DNA of 64,000 nucleotides from the human T2T-CHM13v2.0 reference genome, Homo sapiens: the NCBI RefSeq assembly GCF_009914755.1, contig NC_060935.1; one strand, written 5' to 3'. The position numbers were made by a program, and so were the translations under genes. Shown piece by piece: positions 51,905-64,000 of this stretch (position 1 is the stretch's first letter; each line of letters opens with the position of its first letter). The notes beneath the pieces are model-generated. The model saw only the letters and a list, made by a program, of their open reading frames with translations, was not told where the DNA came from and did no database searches.

Positions 51905-52764
51905 AATAGCTACTGGCCCCTCCCAACTGGACCCTTGAATCCTCTCTGCTCCGGAGTGGGCATTTTACGACAGGGTTGAGACACCAAGACAAAGGCGGAG
52001 GAGAGAAAGCTGGTGATGCCACTACCCATTTCTAATCTATCTGACTGTTGATATATTTCAAACTTCATCTGCCAGAGCTGCCAATAAAACCTCCACTGCC
52101 TGTGAAGATGTGATTCGAAGAAGACAGCTCAGTAGCAATTCCATCAGCATTAAGTGGTTCTATAGCACTCTAGAATGTCACAGCACTTTGTGGCTGTGAT
52201 TATTAATTTTTCCAAATACAATGCTAGAAGGCAGTCCAACAGCCTGAGCACATCTTGTCAGAAGCACGATGAAAAAAAGGCATAGAAATGGACGATGGGA
52301 GAAGCTAGACCAGGGCTTAAGCCAAGAGGAAGCAACACAATTCAGGTTACTCTCCATGAGCTTGGGAAATTCCATCTAACAACCCCCAGAAACTCAACTT
52401 GCCTGGTCAGAGACAATGAAGGAACCAACCATGTCACCAAACTCAGCTTAAAGAATATCATCATAAAGTATAGACACTTTTGGTGGATAATAGGTACTCA
52501 ATAACATAACAAATACATTAATGTAACTTCAAGCCCCCCTTGGGGAATATAATAAGTATGTTTAGTTTTTTGAAAAATTTCTTTAGGCTTTACACATATA
52601 ATATGTTCCCTCTTATGTATTTCTGTTATAATCCAATTAGAAATGTTACTTGAGGAATTTTATAAGAGAGTGAAGCTGTCAATGTTTTGGACAATTCCTA
52701 TAATTCTATATCAGCCAAACTATCAATCCAGGTGTGGGTAAAATAAATACACTTTCAGCCAAAA

Positions 52765-52967
52765 AGAAATGAGGAAGGAAGAAAGAAGGAAAGAAGAAGG
52801 AAGGAAGGAAGGAAAGAAGGAAGGAAGGAAGGAATTAAGGAAGGAAGGAAAGATGGAAGGAAGGGAGGGAAGAATGAAGAAAGGGAGGAAGGGAGGGAGA
52901 GAGGGAGGGAAGGGAGGGAGGGAGGGAAGGAAGGAAGGAAGGAAGGAGGGAGGGAAGGAAGGAAGAA
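52765..52967. repeat. (GGAA)n/(GGGA)n polypurine tract
   Basis: Direct; about 200 bp, almost all purine. Confidence 0.95.
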
Positions 52968-55254
52968 AATTAAACAAAAAATATTTTAGAAAATGCAATT
53001 TAACATAGTTTATTGTGACAATGAGTGAAGAGAGTAAGACAAAAAATCATCTTAATCTTAGCTGTATTAGACTGAAAGAATACAGTGTTTACCAAGAACC
53101 ACATTAGGAGACATTTCCTGAATTAGACTTTTCCAAACTTGTAAAATGGGCACCTAAAGGGAGAGAACAAAAAATTTTAAGAGCAAAGAAAGAACTGTAG
53201 TTGATGGCTCTTCTTTAATTTAAACTATGACTATCTTTAGCAATGGACCTCTAGAATTTAAACAGTTGCCAGTCCTGAAATGCCTCCCATTCCCCTTCAC
53301 ATTTCTGCTGCACCTGCCAGCACACTGCCACACCAAGCAGGAGGAGGAACAGCTTTTTGCAACACATCTACTGGGGCTGAAGGACTCCGGCATGCTGAGG
53401 GGAGAAGACGTTCATTAGAAATCAGAGAAGCCTTTTCCTTTGAGTAAAGGACCCGTGGTCACTCTTAGAACTCCATCATGTTTATATAGGGAATTCCACA
53501 TTCATATGCTTATGGCTAAAAGATTATTGGAGAAATATATTCCTCATCAAAAGTAGGAACCTTCAAGGGTACTGAAAACATGTTTCACGACAGTGGGCTA
53601 CAACAGAAGCCTCTTTATAGAGACTGTTTTAGACCCTCTGAATTCAAACGGGAGCCATTTTATAGAACAGAAAAAAAGGATTATATGGCAGGACTGGGGA
53701 TAGAGCAGTAGCCTTAGTGCCCCAAGCAGGCAGGCATCTAGAAATGATGTTGAAATGGAGCCAATCGTGTAGGGCATAGAACTCTAGCCAACAATTATTT
53801 TCTGGAAATAAAAACAATCGCAGGTTCTCTCTGTCAGATGGAAAATGGCAGATAAAGGAAGGAGACTTCAGGGGAAGAACTGCCAGCTTGGAACATTTTT
53901 CCTTTACCCCCTTCAAGTGTGTACAAGAACCAGATCTAGTTTTTTGTTTGTTTGTGTTCTTTTTTTGGGGGGGGGAGGGGACACGGGGTACAGACCTGGA
54001 AAAGTTGTCTTAGAAGGTTTGTGTAGAAGAGGAAACATGATTGCTGAAATCACAATTTATCAGAAAAGTCAGTATCAAAGAGTCTGTCAAAATCCTGTAT
54101 CTGAGAACCTAAATGCACCAGGCATTCGAAAGTGCTAAGTTCTTGGTCCTTTGAGCCTCCTCAACATGAAGGCAGACATTTCCCTGTCATCCTAGAGTAG
54201 TGAAATGCCTCTTGGTTGCCCAGAGAGGAAGGGTAGGAAAAGAGAGCAAAGGCTAATGCTATTAAAAGGCTAAGATATTTCAGGCAGTGCAAAATGCTGG
54301 GGTAGGTGAGTCCCATCCTTTGTCTGAGAGATTCTACCTAGAAACGCTGGTCTGATTTCACAGCTGTTGTGCAGGAGGGCCTCCCCCCAGAGTCGACAGG
54401 GGAGTGGGCCTTTAGGAAAAGTGCAGCCTCAGGCACGGATATTTCCAGAGGGATACCAAAAAAAGGCTACCCATTAAAATCTTTGCTGTAGTAGGAATTT
54501 CATTTTTAAAATAAATTATATTAGGCACCAGCAAGGTTAATCTATTAAGACATCAGGATTAATTCCTAATGGAAATTTCTAAAATACATACACACATACA
54601 TACATATTCTTTATTAAAACAGGAGAGACAAGTTAGACCAGAAATACGTACAGCACAATCTCCAGCAAATTTCTCATAATATTTAACATTAACGTTTCAT
54701 CCAGGTAAGGTATCATCTTATTATAGGGTTGATGAAGCTTCGGGTAAAGTATTCTAGGGAGTGCAAAATCACATTTTCCTCCCCTTATAAAGTGTATATT
54801 TGTTTTATTTTCAAATTTCTGTTGCTTGGCGTTCTTGTAAATTAATCTGTCACCCATCAGCAACCAAAGTCACCTGATCAGGTGCTGCAGTGCTTAGCTG
54901 GAGATGGGAAGCCTCTGGAGGTCCCATTTCTGATTAACTCTCTTAGTTCAGATGGTTCCCAGAGTCTCCCGAAGGGTTTTCAATTCTGGCTATTTTCTTC
55001 TAGGAATTTCATTAATATTAGCTATTGGGCTTTGCTCCATAAAACCTCCAGTCTAGTTTCTGCCTATTTCTCTGTGCTCCCAGTTAGAGCATGACAGCCA
55101 CTCGGGCTTTTTTTTCTTTTTTTCCCTTGACCCTCATTCTGCTTCCCAAGTAGGGGAAAAGGTAGGAGGGTTATGGTCAATTTCCCCATGAAGCACAACT
55201 AAAGAAACCCAGATTATGTGAATCCCAGGTTCTACTATAGAAATAGTCTTCTTC

Positions 55255-55627
<373 letters not shown>

Positions 55628-55702
55628 TTAATGATGCTAATGATGAGTACTCTTTTGGGGTCTTCCTGTGAGTTTCACATAGTCAGTGCAAGTCACATTT
55701 TA

Positions 55703-55997
55703 TTTTATTTTATTTTAAGACAGAATCTTGCTCTGTCACCCAGGCTGGAGTGCAGTGGTGCAACCTTGGCTCACTGCAGACTCTGCCTCCCAGGTTCAAG
55801 TGATTCTCTTGCCTTAGTCTCCCAAGTAACCAGGATTACAGACACGCACCACCATGCTTGGCTAATTTTTGTATTTTTAGTAGAGACAGGGTTTCACCAT
55901 GTTGGCCAGGCTGGTCTCAAACTCTTGATCTCAAGTGATCCACCCACCTCGGCCTCGTAAAGTGCTGGGATTATAGCGTGAGCCAACACGCCTGGCT
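55703..55997 (-). mobile_element. AluS (Sx/Sz-like)
   Basis: Reverse Alu with (TTTTA)n tail; TSD tgcaagtcacatttta (55687-55702) / tgcgagtcacatttta (55998-56013). Confidence 0.93.
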
Positions 55998-56181
55998 TGC
56001 GAGTCACATTTTAAATCTTCATAACAAATAAACCTTATAAGCAGCCTTCCACAGCCAGTTTAAAAGTGCTATTATATCACTTAAAATGAATAAGCAAATA
56101 AACAAACTAGTAAAACAAAGCAAGAAAACAAGACACAAGCAAGTTAAGTGCAGGGAAGCATTGTTAAAGGTTAGCATAAAG

Positions 56182-56340
56182 TTTCTTTTTTCCTTTTTCC
56201 CTCCTTCCCTTCCCTTCCATTCCCTTCCCTTCCCTTCCCTTCCCTTCCCTTCCCTTCCCTTCCCTTCCCTTCCCTTCTCCTGCTCCCTCCCTCACTCCCT
56301 CCCTTCCTTCTTTCCTTCCTTTCTTCCTTCCTTCTTGTTT
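56182..56340. repeat. (CCCTT)n/(CCTT)n polypyrimidine tract
   Basis: Direct. Confidence 0.95.
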
Positions 56341-57200
56341 CTGCAAACATATATTAGGGAACATTACTCTCAATCTCCTATGGACAAAAGTCACAAAGAT
56401 GAGTGTGATGCTGGTCCTATCTTCAAAGACATGCAATTAGTCAAGAGACAGCAGAACCTCAATTCACTAAGATAAATGCAAATGTTAGAATCAGGGTATT
56501 AAAAAATTCAAAGGGGCATCAAAAAAGGGGGTATTCATTTTTACTATGATCCTCAGGGAATATTCAGAGAGCAGATGACACTTGAATTGGGCTTTGAATG
56601 ATGACAAGGACTTAGGCTCCCGGGGAAAGGGGGAAGCACATTTTGGGCAGCAGGAAAGGCGATGCAGCCCCAGAAAGAACTATGTGATGAGAGAGAGCAG
56701 GGCATGAGTTTCTTCCCTGTTCACACAGCTACAGAACATGCATCCCACAAGAGTACTGCCAATCATTTATGTGAATAGTCAGGATAAGGTGACAAAAGTA
56801 GTTTTGGATCAGAAAACAAAGGCATTTGGGTACCACACCAAGGATTTTATCCTTTAAGCACTAGTGCTTCTTCAACCCGGGAAGGCAAAAGATATGCTCT
56901 GGAAAGACAGCTTTGGCAGGATGGACTTGATACTGATTCCATTATGATGACTCAGGCCAAAGAAGATGAAGATGAAGTCAAGAGACCCTGAGCAGACAAG
57001 ACTGGGAGGAGGAGATGGCTATAGCAGATGTCTTTGTAGACTGCATTTGAATTTATGCCTAAATTGTGTTGGGGCAAAGGTGAGAGGAGTCAAAGATAAA
57101 TGGACAGCTTTAAACTTGGGCAATTGTGTGTCTGGGAACAGCTGGAGAGAGTCAAGTTTGCAGGGGAGTGCACTGAAGATGTGGTACCCAGAGGGGAACC
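56341..57200 (-). mobile_element. L2 LINE, fragmented
   Basis: gatgacacttgaattgggctttgaa; gagaggagtcaaagataa...; boundaries approximate. Confidence 0.55.
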
Positions 57201-58589
57201 TGAGAAACAGTCATCCTTTCACTACTTTGTCAGGTAGCAGGGGATCTTCATGAGAAACGTTAAATTAAATGTAGGTTTGACAAGCCCATTAAATACAACA
57301 CTGAGTTCAAAAAAAGGGAAGAATCGGGCAAACAGACCAAATAAGAGGCAGGAAAGCCAAATTAACGCTCTACCTTGATTCAAAGACATGCTAGGTTTTT
57401 TAAATCCACCATTGTAATAGGATGTAATGAAGATTTAAGCTTTAAATATAACCTAATACCCACTAATTAGGATAATAAAATACAAGGAGTTGCTGTGCCA
57501 TCCGTACACTAACATAACTCAACTCCCTCTGCACCTTTTTTTCTCCTCACTCTCCGGCCCTGAAGCCCTCCCAGTGCCTGCATGTGCTGGTTAATAGACA
57601 GGAATTAAAGTGTGAAGCACGAAACTGGGGTATAAAACACTTAAATACGAATGTCTCCAGTCCTGCTGTCTGGAGAGATTTAATGATATTTTACAGGGAA
57701 GGTCAGGGCATGGCACACATAGGGAATATTTTAGGTTCTGAGTCTTGCTAGGAAGACACTTCCAGTCGAGGTGTTATTTGGGTTTATTTGGTTTTCCTTC
57801 TTTCCCCACTTTTGACCTGAGATTGGAAAAAAAAATCCAGCAGCTTTAAAAAAGAAGATAAGCATGTCTGACTATACCATCAAAAACAAAACATTTTGTA
57901 TATAAACAATTTATAACAAAGCCAAAAGACAAATAAAACATTTTTGGATTGGGGGATTGCAAAGAAGAGGCCACACACAAAAATGAAGAAGAAAAACAAA
58001 ACTCTTGCAAATTAAAAAGAGGGGATTAATAAGCAAATAAAAATTTGCAAAGGCCTATTCTCAGAACAAATACAAATGGCAAGCTGGTATATGGAATCTT
58101 GTTCCTATTCACCAGCAGTGGGAAATACAAACTAAACAGCTCTCCCTTCACACTTTACTAGATAAGCAGGCACTTTTAAGGCTTAAAACCCCTATGGCTG
58201 GCAGTAGAAAGGATACTTTCAATGTATACTTTATAAAAAATGAGATTATTATACATGTTTTGTCTGCATTTTTCTTTTCTTCTACAATGATACCAATGGA
58301 AATGTCTCCAAGTTTCTGGTATAATTTGCATTCATTCTTTTTAAAGACTATTTAATATTCCATGTTGTATGTATAACCTAATTTATTCTGTCATTCACCT
58401 ACTATTTCGTTCACTATTTTTGCTACAAAGGCGGCTAAGGCTATAATAACTTTATCACAAATTTGTACTCTTATTTATATGGATTTTGTTTCTATGGGAT
58501 GGCTTCTAAAGTTTTCCAAAGTTTAGGAGTCCTGAAGGAACTCGAGCATTGTAAGTATTTTTAGTTTTAGCAGGAGTTGCCATTGCAGT

Positions 58590-58885
58590 GATGAAGTATA
58601 GTGAAGAAGGGCAAGGATTGATGAACCCAACTGTTTGGAGTTCATCTGGGCTTTGCCACTCACCTTGGGCAGGCTATATAAACTCTCTGTGCTTCAGTTT
58701 TCTTATGTGTAACATTGGGATATAATAATACCTTCCTTGTAGGATATTTTACACTGATTAAATGAGTTAATCTATGTAACTAATGCACTTATATTAATGT
58801 GTTTGTAATTATATGTTCATAATGTGTATGTAATATAGTAATGCCTCATTCATAGTAAATGTACCATAACCTTTGCTATGATTAT
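58590..58885 (+). mobile_element. MIR SINE
   Basis: ctctctgtgcttcagttttcttatgtgtaa...gattaaatgagttaat. Confidence 0.75.
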
Positions 58886-59314
58886 TCCTTAGAGAAAAAA
58901 CACTGTAGACTATGACAATAATTTATTTTATAACCTTTATTGTGTACTATACACACTTCTAGAAGTATGTGGGATGATTTTACGTGATATGTGGTGGGAT
59001 TATTTTAAAGTTATTCATTTATTACAATTTAGTGTAGACTAAGAGGTTCTGTGTTCTTTTTCCCATTTACAGCTGTCAAAAAAGTTCCTTTAAAAATCAA
59101 TGTATTTAAGTAAACACATAAATAGCTTTAAATTAGAAAGTAATAAAACATAATGATATAGATTACATAAAAATACAGTTAAAAGTGTGCAGTTTGGGAG
59201 TGACTGGTATTCTGTATTATTATCATGCATTGCTTTAATTCTCCAAACATTTATTGTGAAAAATTCCTCCAGGTAAATTCTCTTAACTGGTAACTGAACC
59301 ATGTGAGTTCTATC

Positions 59315-59531
59315 CAGTGGTGGGCTGGTAGACCAGCTCTACAGTTAAAACAAAACAAAACAAAAAACAAGAAGAATGCTCCGATTTACAGTGTTTGCTG
59401 ATTTCTATGGGGTAAACACTACTGCCAGGACCAATCTTAGGTTACCAACAATTTAATTGTCTTGCAAAATTCCTAAATATTTAGCAATCAGCTCTTTGCA
59501 CCCTACCTCGGTCCACTCCAGAACACCACTG
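59315..59531. mobile_element. MER63-like (hAT-Blackjack MITE)
   Basis: TIRs cagtggtgggctgg ... ccagaacaccactg; gatttacagtgtttgctgattt; cttgcaaaattcctaaatattt. Confidence 0.75.
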
Positions 59532-61283
59532 TCCTACTTAACTGTTAAAGTAAAGAGTTTTGATAACTGAAGTGGACAAAACCAGGTATGAAAGAAGCAT
59601 TTAGAATTCGTCTCAGTAAGTTGTATTTCTATCTCAATGACCTATAATTTCAAAACTGTGCAAGAAAAGGTTATTCCTGAATAGGAGTCCAAGTGTTGAG
59701 AAATGAGTGAGAGTTCTTAAATTAAAGGGCAATACTCTGAGAAAGGCAGCCCTGTGGGATGATTCTCATTTTACTGTGATTTGAAACAAAGTCATAGTTT
59801 CATAGAACATGCCTCCCTAATAATAGGAATCACGCTGCATTACGATCGGTTGTTTCTGTACCTGTATCACAAGTTGGGTTGTGTGGCTGCTTCATCCATA
59901 GATGCCTAGGCCTCTCTCTGCTCCTGTGGCCCCTGGAGCTTATGCTATTAAAGTTCTTACACACTGAGCTACAATACTGTGTCCACATGGCTGAGAGCAC
60001 CTCTCAACTGAGATTAGAACTCAGGTGTCTAATTCTCAGTGCCCTCTCTTCCTTTTGTTGCAACGTATCTTGTCTCCTCAGTGCCCAAAGAAGGCTGTAT
60101 AGGTCCCATTCTGGCATTGATAACAATCTTGTTATGACTTATGCCAACCATTCATTCATCATCCAATAAACATTTATTGAGCATCTAGTCTATGCCAGAT
60201 GCCCTATTCCTTCCTTTTTCTCGCCTTCCTTGTCTTTCTATCTTTTTTTTTTTTTTAACTTTCCTCCAGGAGATCAACGTAGCTGAACACCTTGGAGCCA
60301 ACTTCCAGAAAATACAAAGTCAAGACCATTAAATCTATCGATGACTGGAAAACCTTATTGGACTTCAGATTTATTCTAAGATTGTATCTGGGGGTGAGTT
60401 AAGAAGCGGTGGTAGTCAGCTGCTGAGAATTTCAGGTGGCTCAGCATGGGCCCATAGCCCTTCTCTTCTCTTGCTGGCATGACAAACCACAAATAGTGAC
60501 ATGTCCTGGACCTTCTCCCTGGGGTCCCCTTGCCTTAGCTTATGCAGGCAAGTCACTGGCACCAAGGGCAAAGATGAGGATAGCTTGACATTGCCTGCAT
60601 GCCCTAGCCCATGAACGACATCCAGTTTTGGAAGGCCACACACAAAGCAGTCAGTATAGAGTGGCAAAGATCTTTTTATTTCTGTGAATAGGGGATGTCA
60701 GGAGCTAATGAACATATTATCTTGGTAGGAAAGACTGGCTCTACAAGCTGAGTTTTATGGACAAGCATAATCTTCAACTCTTTGAGAATGGGTGGCAGGG
60801 CATAGGTGAAGGAAGAAGGGAAGGCTTGCCGATGAGCACGTGACCTACAGGCACAGTCTCTCTTCATCACCTTAGGGCGTGGCAAGGAATCCATTGTGAC
60901 TTTGAACAAGAAGGTCCACCAGAGGTTATGATGATTGAGCTTCTACAGGAGGTTTTCCTGAGCATGGAAATGTGGGTTCCTTTCTTTCATTGCCCCACTT
61001 AGAGGTCACAGTTGCCAGTTGCCTTCCTGAGCGTTTGCCGAGCTGGGTCACTGGGGACTGCTGACAAAGACTTCTGCAAAGGCCTCCTGGGGCACAGGTC
61101 ACTCTGTCACCGTGGCCCCCTCCCACTCACACCCATGGTTCTGGAGATCTAAGTACCCCCAGCTACCCCCAGCACTGCCAGGAGCCCTCACAGCCCAGGG
61201 GGCCCCACTCCACCCAGCCTGCCCCTGCCTGCCCAGAGATCTCCCCAGAGGCTTCTTAGAATGTTTCCTGGGCATCCGCTCTG

Positions 61284-63106
61284 CTTTTCAAGAAAAAAAC
61301 TGCAGTGGAACAGCAGGGCCTGGCAGGCTTTGGATTTGAAATATGGATAATCCATTTGAAACCTCAAGGCCCGGGCAGAAGGAAACTAAAAATTAAATTA
61401 AATCAGAAGCACAAAATCTGTCTTCCTGGCTCTGAGACAGCCTCACCTCAGACTTTGAAAGTTAGAGTGGATAAAATCATAGTCAGAAATTGTTCAACCT
61501 TTCCTACCTCCCCCTTCATTTTATTGGTAGGAGAATTGAGGTGCAGTGACAGGAAATGACTTGTTCACGGTTCCAGAGACAGGAAAAGGAAGAGTGTTGT
61601 TTTGTTTTTATAAATAAACATTTTCATAAGTTAGGATGAGTTCTAACTACTCTTCAAGTGTTAATACATTTAATTCTCAATTCAAATTTATGGGCTTATA
61701 TTATTAACCTCATCATTCACCTTCTCTAGTTTCTAGAAGTAAAGACTAAAGCAAAGAAAGGTTTAGTATTTGCTGAAGGCCACAGTTTGTAACTGGCTGA
61801 GTTAAGATTTGTACCCCAGCAGTGAGGTTACAAAGTGAATGCTTTTCACCCCTACTAGGCCACCCAGAACAGTATATTTCTTCTTGTAAAACTCTGACAT
61901 TCAAAGTCAGTCCTGTCCTTGAAATCTGAGATGTAGAAACACAATGTGATGAAAATCCCAAGTATTTCCATCTAAGCACAAAAGCCTCTATCTATTTGGT
62001 AAGAACAAATTAATTCCCTGAATCTTTGATGCAAAAGTGAGAGAAGAATAGTAAAAACGAAATTATACTTTTTAAAAAATTAGAATTACAGTAAAAAATA
62101 GAATGTTAATTATGAAACAAATCTTATCTTGCTGAGAGAAAACCAAGGGCAAATGAGGGATACAATGAGATAAAGAGGACATCAATCAATGCTCTATGCC
62201 CTGGGAACATTTTTTGTATTTACTCATTCAATAGATATTTACTAAGCACCTTCTATGTCTAGGCACTACTCTCAGATTTGGGAATACGGTAGTGAACATA
62301 ACAGACAACGTCCCTGTCTTCATAGAGTTTCCATTTAAATGAAAAGAAAGACAGACAATAGGCAAATAGAGAAATCAATCTGAATAAACAATATATGGGC
62401 ATCGGTAACAAACCAAGAAAGGGAGATGGGGAGTTCTGGGATTAGGGATACGATTTTATGTAATAGGTGGATCAGCAATGACCCCCAAAATATAGTAGTG
62501 AGTCCTGTGGCTCTCGGGGGACAGAGTTTCAGGAAGAGGACAGAGCAATTGCAAAGGTCCCCAGACATGCTGGGCAAATTTGAAGAAGGTGGGAGCCGTG
62601 CATTGGGGCCAGTGAGTGGAGGGAAGGAGGTGAGAAGCCGGGGGAGGGGATCCAGTAGGGCTCTGGAGGCCATGCTCAAGGTTCTGGCTATTACTCAAAA
62701 TGAGGCAGAAATGTAAGAGATGACATGGTGTACATTTGGAAACTGGCCACTGTGTTGAGACCTGACTAAAGAGGGTCTGAGGCTGGGACCAGGGGGCTAT
62801 TGCAGAAATCCAGGCAGGGTGGCTTGGATTAGAGTGCCAACAGTATAGGTACTGATAAGGACGTACAGTCCTCAAAGGTGTTGAAGGTGGAGCTCTGGGA
62901 TTTGCATCTGGACTGAATGTGGGGTATGGGAGTGGGAGTGGAGATCTAAGATCTAACTTTTTTTCAAGAAAAAATCTGCAGTGGAACAGCAGGACCTGGC
63001 AGGCTTTGGATTTGAAATCTGGATAATCCATTTGAAACCTCAAGGCCCAGGCAGAAGGAAACTAAAAATTAAATTAAACTAAAAATTAAATTAAATCAGA
63101 AGCACA
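61284..63106 (+). repeat. Dispersed ~130-bp direct duplication (61284-61413 and 62957-63106)
   Basis: Manual alignment: 4 substitutions, a longer T run and an internal 17-bp tandem duplication in the second copy. Confidence 0.97.
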
Positions 63107-63145
63107 TCAGGAGTCGAGAATGACAGAAATTTCAGCCTGAGCTGA
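62215..63145 (-). mobile_element. L2a LINE 3' portion interrupted by a templated insertion
   Basis: tcattcaatagatatttactaagcacc tail; gcaaaggtcccc; ggatttgcatctggactgaatgtgggg [insert] aggagtcgagaatgac. Confidence 0.85.
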
Positions 63146-63817
63146 TGGCTAGAGCCAGATTTCAGTTGCCATGACCACATCTGGAATCCACGTACTCTGC
63201 TTCCCCCAGCTCACTTGCTTTAAGAGTAAAAAGACTTACTTTCTTCCTTGATGCCTTAGTACATAGATTTTTTTTTTTCTGAAATAGACTAAGAAGAAAA
63301 GAAGAGAAACAAAAAAGGTGGAGGACAGAGGCAGAAGACTTCCTGGAACACTAATTTTTTGTTCTGGCATCTCCGAAGTGCAGCTCCAGGTGACCTGGCT
63401 ACCAGCTCCATTTGGTTTATAAGGTCAGTTCTTTTGTCCATCTGACTTCCTTGGCTTAACAAAACAAGTGCTCAGAAACTATCTTCTTACTTGTTTTTGG
63501 ATATCACATCAAGTGCTCAAGCTATATCACTTGATATAGTTTCAGATTAGAACCATTGCTAACTGCACAGAAAGCTTTTGGGTGTGGGACCCAGGCCTGA
63601 GACTACGTCACATCCAAATATGGCCACCTCTTGGATCTTCGAATAAGGAAACTTCCTCTTCATTCCTTAAGTGTCCACTTTCTGAGCTATGATCTGATTG
63701 ACGGGTCTTGTAGCTCTCTCTTCCTTTAGAGACTGGAATGTCTGTCCCCCCCATCTTTCCAGTCTTGGGTTCTAATTCGAAACACTTTCAGTGGCTCCAT
63801 GTTAAACACAATCATGA

Positions 63818-63958
63818 TCTCTTCACCTCTGCTCAGCTGGCATCAGACGAAAGAGTGGTGAGGCTGGCACATGGTCTGCGTCCGGCTCTCTTCACTGCTG
63901 CTCAGCTGGCATCAGACGAAAGAGTGGTGAGGCTGGCACATGGTCTGCATCCGTCTCT
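63818..63958. repeat. 69-bp tandem duplication
   Basis: tctcttcac..ctgctcagctggcatcagacgaaagagtggtgaggctggcacatggtctgc.tccg.c twice. Confidence 0.97.
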
Positions 63959-64000
63959 ACCTTTGGAAGCGCTTTCACCCTAGTCCTGTCTCTCAGATGA

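Noticed and set aside
52723-53008. Low-complexity ORFs rich in PSF or RKEG (also 49778-49975, 56086-56475)
   Set aside because: Translations of GGAA, TTTC and CCCTT simple repeats
62456-63043. 195-aa minus-strand ORF
   Set aside because: Open frame across L2 sequence and the templated insertion; no ATG start or coding features

Overview
Primate (AluY-bearing, most likely human) non-coding DNA, intergenic or deep intronic. I find no credible protein-coding exon, RNA gene, NUMT or CRISPR-like array. The supplied ORFs are chance frames or translations of Alu, L1, LTR and simple repeats. Much of the window is interspersed repeat: six Alus, two L1PA 3' ends, many L2/MIR/L3 fragments, solo LTRs (MER21, MER34-like, LTR10C, MLT1, MSTA, MSTB) and DNA-transposon MITEs (MER3, MER5A, MER20, MER33, two MER44, MER63). 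Two things are not explained by repeat annotation. (1) There is a set of local copy-paste repair scars. The clearest are a 101-bp segment copied from 541 bp away into a MER44 behind a fold-back hairpin (31851-31970) and a ~150-bp multi-template insertion copied from ~1.7 kb away into an L2 (62939-63106). Several tandem duplications and perfected palindromes accompany them. (2) A series of repeat-free, TAAT-rich islands (~25-42 kb) carries tightly spaced PBX-HOX plus MEIS/TGIF motifs and looks like a developmental enhancer cluster. I found no evidence for a new coding system. Subfamily names come from recalled consensus sequences, boundaries of old repeats are approximate, and conservation or function could not be tested here.
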